Positions 42,139 to 53,595 of a stretch of 64,000 nucleotides of DNA are shown piece by piece; within the stretch, counting starts at the first letter, position 1; each line of letters begins with the position of its first letter. Under the pieces are notes generated by a model, which had not been told where the DNA came from, searched no databases, and saw only the letters and a program-made list of their open reading frames with translations. Made by a program: the position numbers and the translations under genes. This stretch comes from an uncultured Acidobacteriota bacterium (GTDB lineage Bacteria > Acidobacteriota > Vicinamibacteria > Vicinamibacterales > UBA2999): the NCBI GenBank assembly GCA_963827515.1, contig CAWHBF010000022.1, positions 1,857-65,856 on the forward strand, in the 5' to 3' direction.

Positions 42139-42213
42139 GGGCTCTGGACTCTGGGCTCTCGGCTCCGGGCTTGGGTTCGCGGCCTTGGGCCACGGGCCTT
42201 CGGCTGTCGGTCT
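42139..42213. repeat. Heptamer tandem array (GGGCTCT-like)
   Basis: gggctct ggactct gggctct cggctcc... ggccttg ggccacg ggccttc. Confidence 0.75.
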
Positions 42214-42238
42214 AACTAATAAGGCTATCATCGAGAAG

Positions 42239-43096
42239 GTGCTCAAGCGTCAGACCACTGGATCCGTCCTCTGTACATCGTGCGGCGTGCTCGTCGGGGT
42301 CAAGGACGACCGATGCTACAACTGCGGCCGCGTCAACCCGGGGTTGTGGGGATACGCGTCCCTGCTGCGCTCGCTCGGCCGCGACATGGGGTTCGTACCA
42401 TTCGTCATCGGTACGTGCGCCGTCGTCTACGTGCTCACGCTGCTTGCGTCGGGTGGCAACATCGGCATGCGCGGCGCCCTGTCATTCCTGTCTCCCAGCC
42501 TCCAAGCCAGCATTATCTTCGGCGCGAGCGGCGCCGTCCCGGTCTTCCAGCTAGGCCGCTGGTGGACCGTCCTCAGTGCCGGCTGGCTTCACGGTGGCGC
42601 GCTGCACATTCTCTTCAACATGATGGCCCTGCGACAGCTGGCACCGGGCGTCGCCGAGTTGTATGGACCAGGGCGGATGGTGATCATCTACACAGCCGGC
42701 GCCGTCGCCGGGTTCGCGCTGAGCTCGTTTGCAGGAGCGTTCCTGCCCGGTTTCTTCCTTCTACGCGGCAGCAGCTTCACAGTTGGAGCCTCGGCCTCCA
42801 TCGCCGGGCTGATTGGCGCCATCCTGTACTACGGACATCGCAGCGGCAGCAGCATGGCGCGCGGCTACGCGATGAACTACGTGCTGATGCTCGTGGTCAT
42901 GGGATTCTTCATGCAAGGCATCGACAACTATGCACACGCGGGCGGGTTCGGCGGGGGCTATGTGGCGGCACGGATCCTCGACCCTCTCAAGCCGGAGCGG
43001 ATCGACCACATCGCGATTGCGCTTGCCTGCCTCGCCGCATCCGTTCTCGCGATCGTCGCGTCAGTCCTGCACGCGATGAGCCTCCTTGGGTCGTGA
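42239..43096 (+). CDS. Rhomboid intramembrane protease with N-terminal zinc ribbon
   Basis: CTSC..CYNC, WLHGG.LHILFN, GASA, AHAGG. Confidence 0.9.
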   Translation: MLKRQTTGSVLCTSCGVLVGVKDDRCYNCGRVNPGLWGYASLLRSLGRDMGFVPFVIGTCAVVYVLTLLASGGNIGMRGALSFLSPSLQASIIFGASGAVPVFQLGRWWTVLSAGWLHGGALHILFNMMALRQLAPGVAELYGPGRMVIIYTAGAVAGFALSSFAGAFLPGFFLLRGSSFTVGASASIAGLIGAILYYGHRSGSSMARGYAMNYVLMLVVMGFFMQGIDNYAHAGGFGGGYVAARILDPLKPERIDHIAIALACLAASVLAIVASVLHAMSLLGS

Positions 43097-43126
43097 CCTC
43101 ACATCTGTGACGTCACTGGGAGTGCC

Positions 43127-43543
43127 GTGGAGGTAATCCGCAGCATCATTGCGGTGCTGGGCGGCATTGGCCTACTCTCGATCGTCGTCGAGGTACTGGA
43201 GTTCACGCTGGTCAACGCCGTCGCGGGCGCACCGCCCACCGACCTGCCGGGATACTTCGCCGTGCGCAATCAGCCGGTCATCCTGACGGCCAAACTCGGA
43301 TATAACTCGGTCGGAGCGGTGCTTGGCGGGTACCTGACTGCGCGGGTCGCGGGCCGGCAGGAGATGTGGCACGGCTGGGTGGCGGCCATCGTGCAAACAG
43401 CGGCGTTGATCTTTGGCTTTACGGTCGGCGAATTTGCCGGATTCACGCCGACCTGGATGCGGATTGCGCTGGTCCTGATCACCGGGCCAGCGATGCTGCT
43501 GGGCGCCTCGATTCGCGCGCGAGCGGCAAGGAGTACAACGTGA
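43127..43543 (+). CDS. Small membrane protein
   Basis: 4 hydrophobic segments; GTGA coupling to pheA. Confidence 0.7.
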   Translation: MEVIRSIIAVLGGIGLLSIVVEVLEFTLVNAVAGAPPTDLPGYFAVRNQPVILTAKLGYNSVGAVLGGYLTARVAGRQEMWHGWVAAIVQTAALIFGFTVGEFAGFTPTWMRIALVLITGPAMLLGASIRARAARSTT

Positions 43544-44364
43544 GACTGGCGTATCAAGGCGAACCGGGCGCCTATAGCGAAGCGGCGGCGCGACTCTTCT
43601 CGCCGCACACCGAAACGCTCCCGTGCAAGACGTTCGACGAGGTCTTCGACGCGGTCGTCGAGAAACGCGCCACGCACGGCGTCGTGCCGATGGAGAACTC
43701 GGTCGGCGGCACGATCCATCGCAACTACGATCTGCTCGTCGATCACGAGATCGCGATCACCGGTGAGGTCGAGCTCGACGTCGTACACTGCCTCCAGGCG
43801 CTGCCCGGCACCAAGATCGCGGACGTGAAGATCGTGTACTCGCACCCGCAGGCGCTGGCGCAGTGCGAGCGGTATCTCAAGGATCTCGGCGTCACCGTGG
43901 AGGCGGTCTACGACACGGCCGGAGGCGCGAAGCTGGTGGCGGAACAGCGTCTCGCGAATGCGGCCGCGCTGGCCTCTCGGCGCGCGGCGGAGGTCTTCGG
44001 TCTCGAGGTCATCCAGGAAGCCGTTCAGGACTTCGAGTTCAATATCACCCGCTTCTTCGTCATCGGCGGCGCCCCCCCTGCCGACGCCAACAAGACGACG
44101 ATCGTGTTTGCCCTGCCGAGCACGCCCGGGTCGCTCTTCAAGGCGTTGAGCGTGTTCGCCCTGCGCGATATCAACCTGAGCAAACTCGAGAGCCGGCCGA
44201 TCCGCGGGAGGCCCTGGGAGTACCTGTTCTACGTGGACATCGACACGCGTCGAGACGAGCTCCCCTGCGCCCGGGCGCTCACGCAGCTCGGCGAGTTCGC
44301 GAAGTGGGTCAGGGTGCTGGGCACGTACAAGGGGTGGGAGCGGGCGAAGCAGACGCAGATCTAA
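43540..44364 (+). CDS. pheA: Prephenate dehydratase
   Basis: AYQGEPGAYSE, ENSVGG, SHPQALAQC, NITRF, LESRP ACT domain. Confidence 0.95.
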   Translation: MRLAYQGEPGAYSEAAARLFSPHTETLPCKTFDEVFDAVVEKRATHGVVPMENSVGGTIHRNYDLLVDHEIAITGEVELDVVHCLQALPGTKIADVKIVYSHPQALAQCERYLKDLGVTVEAVYDTAGGAKLVAEQRLANAAALASRRAAEVFGLEVIQEAVQDFEFNITRFFVIGGAPPADANKTTIVFALPSTPGSLFKALSVFALRDINLSKLESRPIRGRPWEYLFYVDIDTRRDELPCARALTQLGEFAKWVRVLGTYKGWERAKQTQI

Positions 44365-44806
44365 GAAGTGCAAAGTCGAAAGTGCAAAGTGAAAAGTCGG
44401 AAAGTGCGAAGTGGAAGTAGAAACGGATTACCTCGCCGCAGGTGGTTGGTTTTTTCATCCGATTCGTGTTTTCACGTGCGGTCCGCACAGAGGTTGCGAA
44501 GATCTTCGCCAGTGCTCGCGCCTCGTTGATCAGCTCGGGATCGTGCTGGATGCGGCTGTCCCTGAAGTACTCGAGCCAGTCCAAGCACTCGTCCGCCTCC
44601 TCCGCGACGGTGCCAAGCCTGGCCTGAAACTCGGCGCGAGAGCGTCCCTTTAGCGCCGCCCGATAATTCGAGCGCACCGAGTTTCCAGCGCGTCGCAATT
44701 GTCCCGCCGCCTCCTGCGCTTCCGAGGCCCTTGGCAAGCGCCGACAGAATGTCAATATCGAGAGAGCAAACAGCCGCGTGCGCTCGACCAAATCATGAGA
44801 AGGCAT
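44309..44806 (-). CDS. Four-helix-bundle protein (23S rRNA IVP / Avd-like family)
   Basis: L.ERT..FA, QL.RAG.SV..NYR.A...RS..EF...L....EE.DE...WLE; C-terminus runs through the array. Confidence 0.85.
   Translation of the reverse strand: MPSHDLVERTRLFALSILTFCRRLPRASEAQEAAGQLRRAGNSVRSNYRAALKGRSRAEFQARLGTVAEEADECLDWLEYFRDSRIQHDPELINEARALAKIFATSVRTARENTNRMKKPTTCGEVIRFYFHFALSDFSLCTFDFALLRSASASPAPTPCTCPAP
44364..44420. repeat. AAAGT heptamer array, left flank of the four-helix-bundle gene
   Basis: gaagtg caaagtc gaaagtg caaagtg aaaagtc ggaaagtg cgaagtg gaagtag. Confidence 0.88.
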
Positions 44807-44820
44807 GCGACACTGCCCTG

Positions 44821-44836
44821 TGCATGACCACTGCCA
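44821..44836 (-). promoter_or_regulatory. sigma54 -24/-12 motif upstream of the four-helix-bundle gene
   Basis: TGGCAGTGGTCATGCA on the minus strand, 15 bp from the ATG. Confidence 0.55.
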
Positions 44837-44894
44837 CGAGGACTGCGAGCAGAAACGAGACGCAGATCGACCGGCGCGTCGCAATTTCTCCACC

Positions 44895-44927
44895 CACTTT
44901 CAACTTTAAACTTTGCACTTTCTACTT
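44895..44927. repeat. ACTTT heptamer array, inverted relative to 44364-44420
   Basis: cacttt caacttt aaacttt gcacttt ctactt. Confidence 0.85.
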
Positions 44928-45719
44928 ATTGAAGACTCCCTCGATTCTCGCCTGGACGACTTTCGCAACGTCCCGGATGCTGAGCTCGTCCGGCGACGCA
45001 GCATTTTCGTGGCCGAGGGTCGCCTCGTCGTACGTCGGCTCATGACTGAAAGTACGTTCGTCACCAGATCGGTGATGCTGACCGACGCAGCTCGCGAGGG
45101 GATGACGGATCTCATCGCCTCGCGGCCGGACGTACCTGCCTACGTCGTACCCCAAGCGGTGATGGACCGCGTTGCCGGCTTCCACATCCATCGCGGATGC
45201 CTGGCCATCGGCGAGTATCCGCGGCCGCGGCCCTGGGAGGAAATCGTCGCGGGCGCCCGCATGGTCCTCGTGCTCGAGCGAATTGCGAACCCGGACAACG
45301 TGGGCGGCATCTTTCGATGCGCCGCCGCGTTCGGCGCCGACGCCGTCCTGCTCGACCCGGCCACGACCGACCCGCTGTACCGGAAGGCCATTCGAACATC
45401 GATGGGAGCGGCCCTGGTCGTGCCGTTCGCGCGCATGCAGGAATGGCCAACCGCGCTCAATGAGTTGCGGGCACGCGGCTTCGCCGTGACCGCGATGACA
45501 CCCGACCCTTCCGCGCCTGCCCTGAGTGCAATCGCCCGTGGATTTGCCAACCGTCCCGTGGCCCTCGTGCTCGGCCACGAAGGCGACGGGCTGAGCGGCC
45601 CGGCGCTCGCGGCCTGCGAGTTTCACGCGCGGATTCCCATGACCTCGAGCGTCGATTCGCTCAACGTCGCCACCACCGCGGCGATTGCGCTGTACGACCT
45701 GCGGGGGTCAAGGGCGTAA
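44913..45719 (+). CDS. TrmH/SpoU family RNA methyltransferase
   Basis: NPDNVGGIFR, R.SMG, LGHEGDGL, IPM...VDSLNVA. Confidence 0.92.
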   Translation: MHFLLIEDSLDSRLDDFRNVPDAELVRRRSIFVAEGRLVVRRLMTESTFVTRSVMLTDAAREGMTDLIASRPDVPAYVVPQAVMDRVAGFHIHRGCLAIGEYPRPRPWEEIVAGARMVLVLERIANPDNVGGIFRCAAAFGADAVLLDPATTDPLYRKAIRTSMGAALVVPFARMQEWPTALNELRARGFAVTAMTPDPSAPALSAIARGFANRPVALVLGHEGDGLSGPALAACEFHARIPMTSSVDSLNVATTAAIALYDLRGSRA

Positions 45720-45732
45720 GGGACGTTCGCCT

Positions 45733-46506
45733 CTAGAATCGATAACTCACCCCACCGCCAAACTGCCCGAGATTGCGCCCCCGATCGAGCCGGAAGTACC
45801 GTGCATCCACATCCGCCGACAGCTGCTTGTAGATCCGGACGCTCGCCCCCACGCCAGCCCTGGCCGCAAGCCCCGTGTGCGATAGGCCCTCGTCGAAGTC
45901 GATCATCGGTATCGCCGGGGCGATTATCCCAGGCCTCGTGCCAGTCACGGTGCCACTCGACAGCCTGAGACTCGACTCGGTACGCGAAATTCCGAGGCCC
46001 CCAGTCACATAGGGAACGAATCTTCCGACCTGCGATGGAAACTCGTAGCGCAAGCCGACCGTCGCCAGACTGGTGTTGCCCTCGCGTTCGAGGCGAGTGC
46101 CCCCTGGCAGGAACAGTGCGCCGGACGACTGTCCCCCGGTAAACCCGCCGCCGGGAGGGAGCAGGCCGCCAAGCCCGTTGCGACCACCACCCAGCATCGA
46201 GCCGAAGCGAGCAATGCCGGTCTGGACCACGCGCTGATCGAAGAACTGCAGGTCGGGGAATCGGTCGGCCGTACCATCGGCAAACGTGAACTCACCATCA
46301 AAAGACAGCCGCTCGGCAAAACGATATCCGACCGATCCGACGATCGCGGGCTGTCCATCAAGGGTGCCAGCGGTGGCCGCACCGCCAAACGACACCCGCA
46401 GGCGCTGATCCTGCGCATGGGCCAGCGCGGGCACCAGCATGGCTGCCACCGTCGCCGCGGCTAGGAACACTCTCGTCGACTTCAACATGGTCATCGCAAC
46501 ACTCAT
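45733..46506 (-). CDS. Outer membrane beta-barrel protein (OmpA-like TM domain)
   Basis: Signal peptide AHA, PYVTGGLG, C-terminal GVSYRF. Confidence 0.8.
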   Translation of the reverse strand: MSVAMTMLKSTRVFLAAATVAAMLVPALAHAQDQRLRVSFGGAATAGTLDGQPAIVGSVGYRFAERLSFDGEFTFADGTADRFPDLQFFDQRVVQTGIARFGSMLGGGRNGLGGLLPPGGGFTGGQSSGALFLPGGTRLEREGNTSLATVGLRYEFPSQVGRFVPYVTGGLGISRTESSLRLSSGTVTGTRPGIIAPAIPMIDFDEGLSHTGLAARAGVGASVRIYKQLSADVDARYFRLDRGRNLGQFGGGVSYRF

Positions 46507-46600
46507 CGCACCCCTCGGAGGAATAAGGAAAAAAGAAGACACGGGCTGCTCTCGGGTTGTCCGCTCACGGGGACACGAAAACGCCGAGCGTGCAATACCA

Positions 46601-46616
46601 AGCAAGCTTGACGCCA
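46601..46616 (-). promoter_or_regulatory. sigma54 -24/-12 motif for the OMP gene
   Basis: TGGCGTCAAGCTTGCT on the minus strand. Confidence 0.62.
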
Positions 46617-46651
46617 GTTTCCTTGGCTACGATCGGCCAGAATATAGCGGC

Positions 46652-47587
46652 GTGAGCACCAATGCCCTTCGTTGTCACGGCCTCGTCAAGCGGTACGCAG
46701 AGGTCACCGCCGTGGACGGCCTGGACCTGGAGGTTCGAGCCGGAGAATGTTTCGGCATGCTCGGCCCGAACGGCGCGGGCAAGACCACGACGGTCGAGAT
46801 TTTCGAAGGTCTCAGGATCCCCGACTCGGGTGACGTCGAGGTCCTCGGCGATCGGTGGCGCGGTGACGGGCACGCCTTGCGGATGCGCCTTGGCATCCAG
46901 CTTCAGGAAACGAAGTTCCCCGACAAGCTGCGCGTGCACGAGGTCGTGCGACTGTTCCGCAGCCTGTACCCACACGGCCTCAGCGTGGACGAGGTCATGG
47001 ATCGCGTAGGGCTTCAGGGCAAGGCGAACGCGCAGGTCCGCACGCTGTCTGGCGGTCAGAAGCAGCGGCTGTCACTCGGCTGTGCGCTGGCCGGGGATCC
47101 CGAGCTCCTCTTCCTGGACGAACCGACAACCGGGCTCGATCCCCAATCCCGCCGCCAGACCTGGGACATCGTCGACGAGCTGAAGGGACGCGGGAGAACC
47201 GTCCTCCTCACGACGCACTACATGGAGGAAGCGGAACGGCTGTGCGACCGAGTGGCGGTTGTGGACCACGGAAAGATCATTGCGTCGGGAACGCCACGGG
47301 ATCTCATTGCCTCGCTGGGCGCCGAGCACGTCATTGCCTTCTCCATCGATGGTCCAGGCGCAGCGGCCATCGATGCATCCACATTCCTGGGACTGCCAAG
47401 TGTGGAGAAGGTCGCCCGTGACGAGGGCAGCTGGCGCTTGACGGTTCGCGAGGTGCATCGTGCGGTACCCGCGCTGCTGGCGGCGCTTGCCGAGCGTGAC
47501 GCCGCGCCCACGCACCTGACGACCCACCACGCCACGCTGGAAGACGTCTTCATGGAGCTCACCGGACGGACGCTTCGCGATGACTAA
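46652..47587 (+). CDS. ABC transporter ATP-binding protein (DrrA-like)
   Basis: GPNGAGKT, LSGGQKQR, FLDEPT. Confidence 0.92.
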   Translation: MSTNALRCHGLVKRYAEVTAVDGLDLEVRAGECFGMLGPNGAGKTTTVEIFEGLRIPDSGDVEVLGDRWRGDGHALRMRLGIQLQETKFPDKLRVHEVVRLFRSLYPHGLSVDEVMDRVGLQGKANAQVRTLSGGQKQRLSLGCALAGDPELLFLDEPTTGLDPQSRRQTWDIVDELKGRGRTVLLTTHYMEEAERLCDRVAVVDHGKIIASGTPRDLIASLGAEHVIAFSIDGPGAAAIDASTFLGLPSVEKVARDEGSWRLTVREVHRAVPALLAALAERDAAPTHLTTHHATLEDVFMELTGRTLRDD

Positions 47588-48635
47588 GCCAAGAGCGGCA
47601 CGGCCGGTCAGGAGCGCACTGAGCGAGCTGACGAGAGCGCGCGTGCTCGAGCTCACTCGTGAGCCCGAGGCCGTGTTCTGGGTCTTCGTCTTCCCCATCC
47701 TGATGGCCGGCCTTCTCGGCGTGGCCTTTCGCAGTCGCCCGCCGGAGGCTCTCCCAGTCGCCGTGGTCGCGGGCGAACATGCCGAAGCCAGAGCCGCGGC
47801 CCTGTCCGCCGGGGCGGATGTGGCTCCGCGGATTCTCTCCGCCCCGGAGGCGAGGCTGGCACTCACCCGAGGCCAGGTGTTGTTGGTCGTGTCGAACGAC
47901 GAGGTGCCGTCGTATGGCTACGATCCAACGAATGGCGAAAGCCGCGCCGCACGGCTGGCGGTGGACGCGGCGCTTCAACGTGCCGCGGGGCGGTCGGATG
48001 CGTTCAACGCGGACATGGCGGCGGTCACCGCACCGGGGACCCGCTATGTCGACTTCCTCGTCCCGGGTCTGCTCGGTATGAACCTGATGGGCACCGGCAT
48101 GTGGGGTGTCGGCTTCTCGCTGGTCTCCGCTCGCAACGGCAACCTGCTCAAGCGACTCATCGCGGCACCTGCCAGACGCAGTCACATCCTGGCGGCGCAG
48201 CTCACCTCTCGTGTGATTCTGCTGATTCCAGAAGCTGGAGCGCTGCTCCTCTTCGGCCACTTTGCGCTCGGCGTACCCATACAAGGCTCCGTGATCCTGC
48301 TCACCGGGGTCTCGTTGCTGGGTGCGCTGACCTTCACGGGGATCGGGCTGCTGACAGCGGCGCGACCGCGGACGGTAGAAGGGGTGTCAGGCATCATGAA
48401 CGTCGTGATGGTCCCGATGTGGACCTTCTCCGGGATCTTCTTCTCGACCGAGCGCTTCCCGGCGAGCATGCAACCGTTCATTCAGGTGCTCCCGCTGACA
48501 GCGCTCAACGATGCTCTTCGCGCAGTCATGCTCGAAGGCACCGGCCTCGCACCGTTAGTCCCCGATCTGGCCTTGCTCGCCACATGGGGCATCGTGAGCT
48601 TCCTGCTCGCTCTCAAGCTCTTCCGCTGGCAGTAG
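47580..48635 (+). CDS. ABC-2 type permease
   Basis: RYVDFLVPG, FSGIFF, LPLT.L.DALR. Confidence 0.88.
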   Translation: MTKPRAARPVRSALSELTRARVLELTREPEAVFWVFVFPILMAGLLGVAFRSRPPEALPVAVVAGEHAEARAAALSAGADVAPRILSAPEARLALTRGQVLLVVSNDEVPSYGYDPTNGESRAARLAVDAALQRAAGRSDAFNADMAAVTAPGTRYVDFLVPGLLGMNLMGTGMWGVGFSLVSARNGNLLKRLIAAPARRSHILAAQLTSRVILLIPEAGALLLFGHFALGVPIQGSVILLTGVSLLGALTFTGIGLLTAARPRTVEGVSGIMNVVMVPMWTFSGIFFSTERFPASMQPFIQVLPLTALNDALRAVMLEGTGLAPLVPDLALLATWGIVSFLLALKLFRWQ

Positions 48636-48642
48636 GGTCGGA

Positions 48643-48777
48643 CCGAGACTTTGGACTTTAGACTTTGGACTTTGGACTTTGGGCTCTGGGCTCTGGACTT
48701 GGGCTCTGGGCTGTGGGTTCTGACAATCAACTTGATACTTTTTACTTTTCTACTTTTTACTTTTAAGTTTTAAGTCT
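48643..48777. repeat. Composite heptamer arrays (GACTTTG grading to GGCTCTG, then TACTTTT)
   Basis: Arrays fill almost the entire intergenic space. Confidence 0.88.
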
Positions 48778-49692
48778 ATGTACGACGTCCTCGGCGTCGG
48801 CGCCAACTCCGTCGACTACGTCTATCGCCTCCCGCAGTTCCCGCAACCGGACGGCCCAGCCTCGAAGCTGCGGATCTCGCATCACACCATCTCGTGTGGC
48901 GGACAGACCGCGACGACCCTCTGCACATGCGCCGCGATGGGGCTCACCACGCGATACATCGGCGCCACGGGAAGTGATGACAACGGCCAGCTCATACGCG
49001 ACGCCCTCATGGACCGCGGTGTCGATATCGGGCAAAGCGTCGAGAGTGACGACGGCAACGCCTTTGCGGTGATTCTGCTCGACCAGCGAGAGGGTGAACG
49101 AGTGGTCCTCTGGCAACGCCCGCCAGGGCTCGAGCTCGCGCCAGGAGACCTCGACCCTGACGTCATCTGCGACGCCCGGCTGCTTCACGTGGACGACGTG
49201 GACATCGACGCATCGATTCGGGCGGCCTTGATGGCGCGAGCGGCGGGCCTCCCGGTGACGAGCGACATCGAGCAGGTCGGCGAGCGGACGGAGGAGCTTG
49301 TCGGCGCCGTGACGATTCCCATCTTTGCCGAGCACGTGCTGGAGCCGCTCACCGGGGAGCAGGATTTCGAACGGGCCCTGCGGAAGCTCAGGCGCCGTCA
49401 TGCGGGAATGCTGTGCGTGACGCTCGGTGCACGCGGTGCGATGTTGCTCGACGGTGACGAGCTGCACGAGCAACCCGCCTTTCCGATGATCGTCACCGAC
49501 ACGACCGGAGCGGGAGACGTCTTTCGCGGCGCCTTCATCACGGCGCTGCTCCGCGGCGATGCGCCGCCGGACATCCTGCGATTCGCCAACGCCGCCGCGG
49601 CCATTTGCTGCACCCGTCTCGGCGCGATCGCCGGTGTGCCGACACTGGCGGAGACCGAGGCGCTGGCTCGCGGCAAGGGTCGCGCAGGCTAA
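48778..49692 (+). CDS. PfkB family carbohydrate kinase
   Basis: GG...T, VTLGARG, DTTGAGDVF. Confidence 0.9.
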   Translation: MYDVLGVGANSVDYVYRLPQFPQPDGPASKLRISHHTISCGGQTATTLCTCAAMGLTTRYIGATGSDDNGQLIRDALMDRGVDIGQSVESDDGNAFAVILLDQREGERVVLWQRPPGLELAPGDLDPDVICDARLLHVDDVDIDASIRAALMARAAGLPVTSDIEQVGERTEELVGAVTIPIFAEHVLEPLTGEQDFERALRKLRRRHAGMLCVTLGARGAMLLDGDELHEQPAFPMIVTDTTGAGDVFRGAFITALLRGDAPPDILRFANAAAAICCTRLGAIAGVPTLAETEALARGKGRAG

Positions 49693-49866
49693 CCGCCTCC
49701 GCCAAGGCTACGGCGGTCCGCCGAAGCTTCAGCGCGAACGGCGGAAGCGCGCGCTACGTAAGGTCGGACACTTCCTTCGATTCGGCGTAGAGCGGAGGCT
49801 TTAGCCTCCGCGGACACGCGCCACCTGTAGAGCGCACGCTTCAGCGTGCGCGGAACACGAGGGACT

Positions 49867-49870
<4 letters not shown>
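49681..49870. repeat. Composite repeat cluster: palindromic insert (49693-49744), half element, solo REP (49827-49851)
   Basis: Direct matches to modules of the other copies; lies between convergent genes. Confidence 0.88.
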
Positions 49871-52097
<2,227 letters not shown>

Positions 52098-52171
52098 CGG
52101 CTCTGATGATATCCTCATGGGCTCACACCATTGCCCCGGCAGCCCAGCCCGGCAGCAGAGAAGGAGTCAGC

Positions 52172-52698
52172 TTGGCAGAACTCTACGCGCGGTTTGTCAC
52201 CAGTGAAGGACCCTTCACGGTCCGTCTGTTCGATCAGGAAGCGCCCAACACCGTCGCGAACTTCGTCGGACTGGCCGAAGGGACCAAGCAGTGGACCGAT
52301 CCGCGGACGAACGAGAAGGTGACCCGGCCCTACTACGACGGCATCATCTTTCACCGGATCATCGACGGCTTCATGATCCAGGGGGGCGATCCGCTGGGAC
52401 AGGGTACCGGCGGACCGGGTTACAAGTTCGCGGACGAGTTCCATCCGTCCCGTCGGCACAGCAAGGCCGGCATCCTGTCAATGGCCAACAGCGGACCGAA
52501 CACCAATGGCGGGCAGTTCTTCATCACGCTTGGCCCGACGCCCCACCTCGACAACCGTCACTCGGTCTTCGGCGAAGTCGTCGAAGGGATGGAGATCGTC
52601 AAGAAGATCGGCAGCGTGAAAACAGGCCGAGGGGATCGCCCGGTCAAGGACGTCGTCATCGAGACGATCACGGTGGAGCGGAAAGAGGCGAGGGTTAG
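52172..52698 (+). CDS. Cyclophilin-type peptidyl-prolyl isomerase; no in-frame stop at the expected end
   Basis: RBS AAGGAG plus TTG; FHRII.GFMIQGGDP, SMANSGPNTNGGQFFIT. Confidence 0.9.
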
Positions 52699-52738
52699 GA
52701 AGTCGAAAGTCAAAAGTCAGAAGTCGAAAGTCGCAAAG
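52699..52738. repeat. AAAGT heptamer array
   Basis: gaagtc gaaagtc aaaagtc agaagtc gaaagtc. Confidence 0.85.
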
Positions 52739-52798
52739 GGGAAGAGCCACAGGGGACATCCGACGATCGGAAACAGCGGACGTAATTCTGAGGTGCCT

Positions 52799-53595
52799 AT
52801 GAGACCGCGAGTCTGGAGCTCGGGGCTGCTCCTCCTCATGCTTGGTGGCGCCCAGGTGTGGGCACAATCGGCACGACCTGATCTCTCGGGCATGTGGAGC
52901 GACCCTCCGTCCACCGCAGTGGATCAGTTTTGCTTCATGACCTGCACCGATGCGGGCATCGCCTACCTGAACAGGCTCCTGGACGACCCGGCCAACGACA
53001 GCCGCCCTTTCACTGAACTCGCCGCTGAGGCGACGCGCTATCAAAGGGAAGAGTTCATCCGTCCTCGACTGACGACCGCGGCTGCGAAGTCGTTTCCCAT
53101 GGACCCTGCTGATGACCCGGGGTTCCTCCGGTGTGAGCCCTGGGGATTGGCCCGCCAGATCTTCGCCCCACACCAGATGGAGGTGCGTCAGTTCAACGAC
53201 CGGATCGAGTTCAGGTACGGGGAATGGGACGGCCGGCGGACGGTCTACCTGAGGCGGACGAAGACCCACACCTCCACCGTTGAGTTCAATGGGGTATTCC
53301 GTGGGGCGCTACGACGGCAACACCCTGGTCGTCGAAACGACTGGCATAACGGCCAATCTCGCGGGCATCTTTCCTGCCTGGTTCAGCCACGGCGATCGGT
53401 TGACAACGATCGAGCGGTATACCCGCACGGAGACCCGATCGTCTGGAACTGATGGCGACGCTGGAAGATCCGCAAAGCCTGCGGGAAACCATCCAGTTCA
53501 AGAAGGCATGGGGTTGGGCGCCGACCGAAAAGATCTTCCCTTACACGGATTGTGTTCGACCCAGTGAATTTCGCAGGAGGGAGAACTCGCAATGA
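52799..53595 (+). CDS. Secreted hypothetical protein, paralogue of 35114-36004; frameshifted
   Basis: PDLSGMW, CEPWG, GYSVGRYDGNTLVVET, LEDP; two frame changes. Confidence 0.72.

Noticed and set aside
44309-44806. Diversity-generating retroelement (Avd-like gene)
   Set aside because: No reverse transcriptase and no TR/VR pair with adenine-specific differences seen in the window.
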